Positions 13,636-23,330 of a stretch of DNA of 64,000 nucleotides are shown piece by piece (the stretch's first letter is position 1; each line of letters begins with the position of its first letter). The stretch is from Podarcis bocagei (lineage: Eukaryota): NCBI GenBank assembly GCA_964188305.1, contig OZ076885.1; one strand, given 5' to 3'. The notes under the pieces were generated by a model, which was not told the origin of the DNA, did not search any database, and saw nothing but the letters and a program-made list of their open reading frames with translations. The position numbers and the translations under genes are program-made.

Positions 13636-16100
13636 ATTGAAATTATTAACATGAAAATGTTTCAGTTGAGTGAGAGATTTCTTAAGTTTCCTTTGCCTTA
13701 ATGAGAATTAGCAACACCCACAAAATCAAAAATATTAAATTATCATAAATTTAAAATGTCCAAAGAATGTCATGGATACCAGCAGCCACAGCAAAGTAGT
13801 TTTAAGTCCTATTGATTTTAGTGCTTGAATTGAGTACATGTTTAAAATTGTGGTCCTGTGCACAGCTCAAGTAAACTTAGTGGGATTAGCTTCTAAGGAA
13901 GCATGCATATGTTTCCTAGTTGAAATCAGTTGGACTTGAAATTCTTAACTTTGGTTGAAACACGCCACATTATTCCTTTATCACACGCCATATGCCCTCT
14001 TCTTTCCCCCCTGCCATGCCTTTCTCCCTTTCCCTCCTAAAGCTGTTGAGAGACAACTTAACGGTACTTCTTCTGCAGTGTACATGCTCGTGTTTATTGC
14101 TTTGCATCTGCAATGTCTGCCAAAAAGAGTGCTTTCAAAAGCCATCGATAGCTAAATATGCACAGAATTTACAAATGACTTTTTAATGTACATTTATGCT
14201 CTAATATTTAGGCAGGTACCTTTTGTAAGTTTTAGCTTCTTTCAAACACATATTAGATAACATGGAATAGTTTTCTTTTTAATTGCTCTGAATAAGTAGA
14301 AAGCACACTTGAATTGTACTTCGCTTGGGATTTTGCAATCTTACACTGACATGAGACATGTGGTCTAGAACTTGAATGCAGATTCATACAACACCTTTCA
14401 GAATATGCATTTTTGCACTACTGTATGGTAGAATTTATACGAAGCTTTTTCATTTTGTGAATGGCTCCCAGGCCATGGGATCGGCAACCCCTAAAGATTC
14501 AGGTTGTCAGTTGTGTGTCTTTTGGTGGGGAAAATGAACATGTGCTAGAACGCTTCACAAGTTCTACTTTTATATAGATCTCATAGCATGTGATGTATCG
14601 TCCTTTCATTAGTACATTGGGTGGGTATACTGGGAGGAAGAACAACACACATGAAAAATAGTGGTTATGGTTCATTTTCGAAGTTAATAATGTAGTTGAA
14701 GCCACAGTATGAAGGTGCAATGGATGTTGCACCCAGTTTGATGTAACCTATTGTGCATGGCACAGTTTCTATCTGTATCTGTCTTAGGTATTCAGAAACT
14801 TTCATCCTATCTAAAGCAGCTTGAACAGTAAGAAGAAGGGGCATGCTGCAAACATGGGCCTAAGTGCAGAGGAACAATTCACGGCTCCAAGAACTTTCTC
14901 AAGCGTGCTACTATGGCTGCTGCATTGCTAGCTGTATTTAATTGTACCCAAAGAACTTTCCAGTTATCTGGCAACAAAGAAGATCATACCTACTCCTGCA
15001 ATCCAGCTGTTCATATGGGGGGAAAGGAAAGAATATATAAGGAAAAGAAAGCAATCCAGTAGTGGAGATGAAAAATCTGGTGGGATCTCAAAAGGAAGGA
15101 CTCTTTGAGAGCAGCACTTCCCAGGGGAGGGATCAGCTGCCAATACAAGTGGCAGGTAAGACTCAACATGGCCATAAAGAGATAACTATTTTCAGTGAAT
15201 CAATTTAAATATGTTTCTTATAGCTGAAACCTCTGATTATTATAAGTACTGTAGCCTGTGCTCTTTCCATATACTTCCTAGAACTAAGTTGTCCTTGGTG
15301 TTTCTTCTGTAGCTTTTATATCACAAATAACTTGTAAATGGTATCCTACATTCACTGAGAAACTAGAAGCATGATAACCATGTTCAAGGAGCCAGCAGTA
15401 CGCCAGCACCATGATCCTACCCAAGCATCTATGGAGCTGGTGTAGTCCTGACTTCTGGCAACATTTGACAAACATCCTGTCCAAGGCAGCTTATACTTCA
15501 GGGCAGGGAGTAGGCAAACTACGAATAGTGAACACAAAATTATGAGGTGTATCATGCACATGGAGGTGTCAGAACAATACACTGAGGTGTATGACACAGA
15601 TGTACTAAATCACAGAAACGAAGGAGGCATCTGATCACACTGAGGAGAGGGACTGTGAGAAGTCTAACACTGCCTCTTTGCACACAACACTTAAAAAATT
15701 CAGCCAGTTGACAAATAAAATAATGTTATAGGGGAGATGCTGAAAAGAAGCCAAACACACTGTCTGGGGTTTTTTGTTTTTAATTCAGAAACAATAACAC
15801 TATGGAACGAAAAACTAAAAGAGCACCCGGTCCAAAAATTACCAGGCTCTTGGCACAGTCCTCTTGCTTTCCCTTTCTCCGTCTGTTTTCAAATACATCT
15901 TTATAGTTGAGAACTCTGGTAGGCATGCCAGAACAAAATGCAACCAGGTAATATTGATTAAACCATAGTATAGGAAGCCACACATCCACATACCCTATAA
16001 CTCACTGTATGTCTAGAAAGAAAATGATTGAGTTAGCAGCGGTTTAAAAATACATTGTTCGGTTAGGTAGATGTAGTATGTAAGGGTGTTGGGGTCTGAA

Positions 16101-17105
16101 GCAGAGTGCAGACATGATGGTGCTGATTTCTTAACCATGGTTAAGAGAGTGGGAGTTGGTCATGCACAGATACCTTGGGTTGGGTACAGGTTTGCGCAGA
16201 GCAGAATTGCACAAACTGGCAGGGTCGGCCCACCCATGAGGCAAGGCATCTGACTCAGGCGGCAGGATCCACATGGACAGCAGATCCAAATGCAGATATT
16301 TATTCCTCCCCCGTCCTGTTCCTGATGTAGGTTTTCATTCACCCCTCCTTCCCTGGTGGGGAGGGGGCAGCCATGCAAACTGGATGCTCCCACAAATGGA
16401 AGCTGGAACATGATTTTCAATATTTCCTTTCCTCCTGGAGCCTTCTGTGCTCTCCAGAATCTGCTCCAGAGGATTGGGGGGGATCCTCCGGAACAGCATG
16501 GATATGGGTATGGAGGGGGAGAGGGGAACTATCAAAAGTTATCTTCCTCCTCTCACCTACGGGAGCCTCTGCAGGAATTGACTTGCTTTTGTGAATAGAA
16601 GGAGGCCTTTGATTTGTTGAACAGCAGGTCTGAATCTAACCCTCTCTTTCCTCTGTCTCCTTTTGTCTCAGGCATTCTTTCGCCTCTCTTTCTCCTTTGA
16701 ACTTTAATTATATTTATCATTACATCTGCTTTGGTTTATTTGTTCCTATTTTAAATTCATCTCAGAGTCTTACATTTTGTCTGCAATTGTATTAACATGT
16801 TTTTATGTAGTATCAGCTTATGTGCTGGTTTCCTATAGAAAGTCAAATATTTTTGAGAATAATAAATAAATAATCTGCAGTGGTACTAAGCATGGTTAAA
16901 AGCTTGCCTTCACTAAGCATTAATCAGGATTTGAAGCAAGGCTTCAATAAGCTGGCAAACCCTGTAAAGCTGTTGAGCGTTAATCATGGTTAGTGTTAGC
17001 ATTACAGTTAGCTCAGTAAATAACTCCTGCGTGATCTTATGTGCAGCTTATTCCCAGTCTCTTAACCATGAGTAAAAGATCAACAGTGTTGCATCTGCAC
17101 TGGGC
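16101..17105. mobile_element. ~1-kb old non-autonomous DNA transposon with ~50-bp degenerate terminal inverted repeats
   Basis: 16105-16154 AGTGCAGAC...CATGGTTAAGAGAGTGGGA versus the reverse complement of 17052-17101 AGTGCAGAT...CATGGTTAAGAGACTGGGA. Confidence 0.55.
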
Positions 17106-20100
17106 ATAAATAATTGCTTCATTTTCTTTTCATTATTATTATTTCTACATCTCATTGAGCGTAACCCCAAGCTAGTGATTTGTGCCCCTGTAATGAAACC
17201 AAATCAGTAGATGAAAAGTATTTAGAAGATAAATGCAAAATATTTATTTTGTTTACATGTTGATCCTTGCAGTCCAGTTGTTGTATGCTCCTGGTGAAGA
17301 ACTAGGCAACAATGCAAGATCAAGGCACCTAATTCAAGAGAGAAGTTAACTTGCTTTTAATATTTCTAGTCACGTGGTGCAGAAGCGTAAGCCATTTGAT
17401 CATTCAGTCCTGCTGCTGAGCAGCACAGTTTATAGGCACACCAAATTTCCATTGTCTCCATATTACCAAATGCACTTCTTTCACACCACCAACATAGCAC
17501 TGGTGCCATCATCTTAACAACTTCCAAGTCCTGAATTTTATCAGGCCAACTTGCAGACAGCAAGAAAATGACCTTTCAAGCAGAGCCTGATGCATCAACC
17601 ATTATCCCAAGTTGCCACAGTTGCTCTGCATTGAATGAAAATCAGCTTAAGGTTCTCTGTGCCCCATAATAATATTAAATAAAGGCTGTAAATCCTAGTT
17701 ATTAGAGATGCTTGAACTCTTTGTTGTTAATGTTGCCTCTTGATTCAGCCCCTTCATTGTTAATGGCTAGTCTAACAACCCATCTTAACCTCTTTGAATG
17801 TATTCATGATTCATAAGTATTCGACAACAGTGTCAGAATTTAAGTCCATTGATTGTTTATAAACTGTTTACTCAGTTTGTTATTTGTGTGATTGGCCACA
17901 CATGCCAATCTCTCTGATTGGAAGGCTGAAGTTATTTGCTTAGGAAGACGTTGCAGTGAATAAAATGTTTCTGAGCAATAAGGATTTTTTTTTTCAAGTT
18001 AGGAAACTGGATTCACCAGTAAATGGCAAATGAACCATCTACATAAATAACAAACTATGCCAAAATATTATTTTATTTGTATATCAATGTTCACACATCA
18101 GCTGGGGGTGGGATAGGTTATATTTTTCAGATTATTTTATCAGGTCTATTGTTTTCCATTTGGTTCTGTTGTAAATGTTCAGACAAGGAGTTTTAAGATA
18201 TGAAAAATGCCTGGCTTCATATGATCAATGATATCCAATAATAATAATATCCCTTCTTTAGAATGGGATGGCCACCTTCTGCATTATAAGCGTCCACTCA
18301 GTTCTCTAGATTCCATTCCTGGAAGGGGAGTATATTTTGCTGTCCAATTGGACCTTCTCGCAACTAGTCAGAAGTTGTATTCAGCATGACCTAGGAAAAG
18401 CGGCTTCATAGTTATGGTGCATGCGTGCTGGATCATGATTTGGGCTGTTGCATTCAAAACCTGGAGATAGAATCATAGATTTGCACAGCTAACAACGTGA
18501 AAGGCTTCTCACACAACCTTTAAAAAAAATAATTTCCTTTTTATATAAAATGTTATTACTGATTGAAATGTAGCAGGGAGTAAGGCAGATAAAATTATTT
18601 CCTGGGCCACATCTTGCTCATGGGCCTCAGCTGGCAATCCCTGCTCTAGAGATTCAGTTAGAATTTTGAAACAGACATTTGCTCATGTGGTTAAAAACAT
18701 CCCTGTTTTATATGTGTACCCTAGCAGAGAATTCTGGAAAGTGGATTTTGTGGTCCTGCACTATCTATCTAAGGGATATAGGAATCACTGGTTACAGCTG
18801 TCGCTGGGCTGGTGGAGCAAAGGTGGGAATTAAAGTGCAAAAGCAGCAGGTATTACATTTAAATTGTCTCGTGAAGTCCCTTTTCAAAGTATCCATGCAG
18901 TGGAAGATCCAAGGCTTGCTTGCCGCTCTGTCTCCACATCCATTTTCATAAGGAACTCATGCATATTATATACAAACTGTTTCATTCTCACTTTCCATAA
19001 ACATGCAACTGGACAGTCTAAACAAACACAAACAGGTGTGAATACTTTGAATGTGAATACGTTAATTAATAGATGGAGAAATTATTAGCGCTCACAACGT
19101 AATTAATGTTGAGATTAAATATTCAGTTATATTGAATCATGAAATGTACAAGGCCCTTTAAATGAATCTATGGTTGGAGGGGTTCAGGATTTGGAGTGGT
19201 GAGAGAGACCATGGTTTTCTCTAGGAACCACCTCCAAAATCCCACTCCCACTAAAATAAGATGGATGATCTCAAAGGATAAGAAATAATAAGAAGCATTG
19301 TTACAATCAGACACATACATACATACACCCGTGTCCCTCTGGTGCAAATACACAACTCCAAATTAAGTTCATAAGAGCAGCATGTGGTGTGTGTCAATGA
19401 GCAGGAGTGACACCTAACCAAATACAAATTCATTTGGAGATTCTGCAAAGCAGGTGCAAATTACTTAGCACCAACCACACAGAGCAACCAGTTCACCAGG
19501 AATGATTAGTAGTAGTTACTCTTGTTTACTAGGTAGACTTAGTGAGAATCATGCTGTTCACACACAAATCTTGCTTAAGATTGGGAAATGTACTTTGAAT
19601 AAGTGATTATTATGATAATTTGAGAGGACATCTCAGATAAATATGAATGGGTAAATTGTCCCAGAGGCAGAAGGCTTACTTTATTTCCCCCCCCCCAACC
19701 TAGGACATTTTCTCATTCTTCATTAGCCTGCATAATATATATAAATGCATAAAGTAACTGCTTAGTTAGGAAGTGCATGCAATATATAATCATTTTAAAG
19801 TGTTTGGGGATACATTTTCTTAAGAGTAGATGTGAATTTAAATAACATACATGGACAAATGCCCTTATTTAATGCTTGACCTTTCTTTGTAAACTGCATT
19901 GTACACGTGTTATATAACTCTTTATAAAAGTACTCAGGCAAGGAGTCAGCAAGGCAAGTGCAAGGGAAATATTTATCTTCAGACAAACAAAAGGCATCCT
20001 GGTGAACAATGCCGTTGTGCATAATTGGTTTCAGTTTAATATTAACAAAAAGGAAATGAATGCATACAGAAGACCTAAGAGACATTGTTCACAGGATAAA

Positions 20101-20150
20101 TTTGATTGACTGCCACACAGATTTTGTGGCAATAATTCTGGAAGGAGTTT

Positions 20151-20323
20151 AGGGGTGAGATGAAACGCCGGACAAAAGAGAAGATAGCAAGCAGTGCTTC
20201 AAAAGTTGCCACACAAGCCAGTGGTGGAGCACATCTGACACCACAGGAAGCTCAGGTCGCTTGGAAAGTTGACTCCAAGTTCATCACAGAGATTTCTGAC
20301 TGTGACATCACTACAATGCATAG
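20151..20323 (+). pseudogene. Remnant exon of the Harbinger Myb/SANT-like DNA-binding protein gene (C-terminal part of the Myb-like domain)
   Basis: RGEMKRRTKEKIASSASKVATQASGGAHLTPQEAQVAWKVDSKFITEISDCD resembles the W.D.KRRTK.K...TGGG...LTP.E..V...VTGI..D pattern of Harbinger Myb-like/NAIF1/MSANTD proteins. Ends at donor AG|GTGAG; in-frame TAA at 20133 upstream. Confidence 0.7.
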
Positions 20324-20621
20324 GTGAGCTTTTTGCTAGGTTCACAGACATTTACTGTCACAATCACAATAAGGTGTATTGAAAGATGTTGTTTGGGATC
20401 CAGTACAGTTGTATGTGTTATGGGTGCAGCACCGTGTGCATTTTATGAAGTGCCACTTGCACTTTTCAGTCTCTAAATTTTAGTCTGCCCAATTATTTGC
20501 CCAAACACAAACACTCTGGTTTCCCAACTGGCTTCTTTCTGTGTGTTGTCCGATGTATGTAGATTCCTCCATCTGCCTGGCCTCAGATACAGTGGTTGTT
20601 GCTCCTCTATTTGATTGCCAG

Positions 20622-21478
20622 ATGTCACTGGGCAGCAAGATGGGGAGGTTCCTGGATCTTCTGGACAGCCCAGGCACCAGAGAGGAAGTTCACCATCCAC
20701 ACCTGCAGAAGAGCAAGAATCCTCAGTGCCAGCTTCTGATGAAGATTCACCAGCCAGAACTACAGAGAGTTGGCCATGGCCATTGTCATCATCTGAAACA
20801 CACAGCAACCTGGGGGAAGATTTTGAGGGATTTCCAACACCAGAGCGGACTCCGCAGTGTACAATGGACATACAATCTCCTGGGGATCAGTCTCTCAGTA
20901 GGACTCCCCAATATGAGAGTGACTCTCCTGTGGAGGGAAATGATGAAATGAACGAAGAGCACCATGGTGTTCAGCCTGTCCCTAGGGATCGGGGTTGGAG
21001 AGGGCAAACTCAGCTGACAGAGGGAGAGAGGTTATTAATGGAAACCAATAGTAGGATTGTACAGCTGCTGGAAAATATCAAGAGAGAGCATGCACAGTCC
21101 ATGGGTCTCATGTCACAGTCCATGGGCCGGATGGAGCTGCAGCTAGGCATTGTGGCTACATCCACAAGAGCCATCCATAACTACCTGTCTGAGATTTTAG
21201 CTTTCCTCAAACAACCAAGGACACAGGTCCTTGAAACACGTATCTCCCAAAGAGCCACACCTCATGTTGAGTTAACGAGTGCCTCAACGTGGACTGGTGA
21301 GGATGCAGTGGCAATGCCCACTGGATACTTACCAAGGGATGAAGGGATTAATGACTCTCAAGAAACACTGCAAGCCACACTGCCTCGTCGCAGTGGCCGA
21401 ATGCAGAGAGCCATAACAGAAAGGGCCTCGTTGCCCATGCCCATGCGCCAAGCAAAGGGGGGAGGGAAGAAAAAATAA
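20622..21478 (+). CDS. Intact 285-codon exon derived from the Harbinger Myb-like gene C-terminus (acidic S/P-rich region, coiled coil, basic tail GGGKKK*); candidate alternative last exon of SHANK2
   Basis: ORF-track 20615..21478. Opens just after TGA 20612-20614 at acceptor gctcctctatttgattgcCAG|AT GTC (phase 1). Heptad-rich segment LTEGERLLMETNSRIVQLLENIKREHAQSMGLMSQSMGRMELQLGIV. Confidence 0.6.
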
Positions 21479-21885
21479 TTTATCACACTAGTGATAGTAT
21501 TTTTAAGGGTTTTTTTTAATGTGCCTGTCCTTTTAATTCTTAGCCATAAGGCCATGAGTGGCAGAACTTGACCATTTTTACATTTGGCTAACATTGTATT
21601 CTGGCTGACTAGATTAGTCTTACATTTTGTAGTTTATATTTGCATTGTTAACAATGTGTGCTACTGGTATTTGAAGAACATTTGCTTCTGTTCTTTCACT
21701 TCAGCTTCATGAGAGCATTTTTTTACACTGTGCCAGACATTCATTGCTTTTCTTACAAATACAAATCATTTCTGGACACAGTTGTTTTTTGAGTTTTCTT
21801 TTTCCATTATCCCCCCTTCCCCCTTTCCCTCTGAGCAAGCATTCTGGAGTTTTTGGTAAGTATGTGGGTCTTGGCAATATTCGCC

Positions 21886-22850
21886 TCAGAAATTGTGTTC
21901 GATCAGTCTTTGCCTGGTGTTTCTGGCATGCTGGCCTGAGGTGTTGGGATTAGCCTGTAAGTGCCTTTTTTGATAATAATCTTATCCTCTGTGGGTCTGA
22001 CCAGATTAATCTCTTGCCTATTTTGTGGAAATTACATATCTTGGCTGGGTTGTGTAATAAGCAACATGCCAGGACTATATTGCAGCATTTGTGACTTGTA
22101 CAAAAACTGTGCCAGCAAACCTATCTAGGCACATGAACTACACTTTCAAAAGCTCCTTCCTTGTTGAACTGATGGTTTGGCGAGCAACATTGTTATCCCA
22201 TGGGGAAGTTTGGAGATTTAGAAACAGAGGAAAATAGCAATGCATTTATTATATGTGAATCACATAAAGAAATATAATAGGAGAAACTATCCCTAATACG
22301 ATCACAGATACTTACAGATCAAAGCAATCGCCTTCCTTTTAGCCAGACCTTCTCAGAATTTAAGAGTCATAACACGCTGTTGCGTTCTGTGCCACAATGT
22401 CTAAATAACAGCTTTGCATTGCAGACGATATGAAAATCTCTCCTCTTCCTTTAGGCCACCTCATTTACTGATGCTAAGAGTGGTCCTAGCACACTAGGCA
22501 GATAACTAATGCACATGGGTTGGAGAGCATTTTTATTACTGTTGGGACTGCCTCTGTGAGGGTTGGTTAAAAAGCGGGACACAAAAGCATCTAGATGAAT
22601 ATCAGGAATACAGAGTGGCTTCTGAGTGGTACTCGAGATCATCCTGTTTTCACCACCAAACTGGGTTGTGTGGTCGCCACCACTGTTACAGGCACAGTGT
22701 AGGCCCTGCTTCACTTTCCAGTTTCACTTTGGAGCTAAATTCCCTAAAGAGCATATTTATCCAGCCCATATCTAAATCCAAGTTTGTGGCTGTATCTAAA
22801 CAGGCTGTGGACCATGTGGGCCATCTCTTCCACCTACTCTTGTTTCAGAC
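21886..22850 (-). pseudogene. Decayed Harbinger (HARBI1-like) DDE transposase
   Basis: Minus-strand fragments: RYGLDKYAL (~22750-22775), LPSVLG, IVCNAKLLF/DIVAQ...CYDS*ILRRSG (~22345-22430), intron donor GTAAG (22315-22311), LLKV*FMCLDRFAG (~22110-22152), KCCNIVLACCLLHNPA (~22043-22090), ARNTRQRLIEHNF* (stop 21888-21886). Multiple stops, frameshifts and deletions. Confidence 0.85.
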
Positions 22851-23171
22851 GGAAGAAAACCTGAGAGCAAGAAGCATTTTGCTGCAGTACAAACCAGCCA
22901 TAATATGCTTCTTAGTGAAATATTTGCTTGTGGCTGCTTTTTGCTAAGTGACTGGGCTAATGGTGAGATGCAGCTAGTGTGGGCTAAACCCTCATGCAGG
23001 CACAACGTACGGTTCAGGTATCTGTCCTGAGGTGAGCTGCCATGGGTGTGCTGTCTTGACCATAAACTCTAAATGCACCCGGTCTGTCAGGGATGACCTT
23101 TCACACCTGCAAACCACTTGTGCCCCATCTGTGCCTGTTTTATTTCTTGTTTGTTTGTTAAACATAATATA

Positions 23172-23330
23172 CCGAATTTTTCCGTCTATAAGACACCTCC
23201 ATGTATAAGACTATTTTGGGGGACTCAGATTTAAGAAAATGGGGGGAGATGGCCCCATGTATAAGACGCCCCCTCATTTTTGAAATTTTTTTAAGGGAAA
23301 AAACCTAGTCTTATACACGGAAAAATATGG
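23172..23330. mobile_element. Tc1/mariner (pogo/Tigger-like) MITE with TA TSD
   Basis: TIRs CCGAATTTTTCCGTCTATAAGAC / GTCTTATACACGGAAAAATATGG, flanked by TA on both sides. Confidence 0.85.

Larger units (their letters stand above)
20151..22850. mobile_element. Fossil autonomous PIF/Harbinger DNA transposon (Myb/SANT-like gene on +, DDE transposase on -, tail-to-tail); termini not resolved
   Basis: HARBI1-like motifs on the minus strand and a Myb/SANT-like remnant on the plus strand, in the convergent two-gene layout typical of Harbinger elements. Confidence 0.85.

Noticed and set aside
20473-21594. Overlapping ORFs 20473-20871(-), 20541-20951(+), 20789-21007(-), 21358-21594(-)
   Set aside because: Alternative or antisense frames of the Harbinger-derived exon, with no recognisable motifs.
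19440-23120. Putative TIRs of the Harbinger element (e.g. ACTTAGCA ~19463 versus TGCTAAGT ~22942)
   Set aside because: The matches are too short and no TSD can be identified, so the termini are left unresolved.
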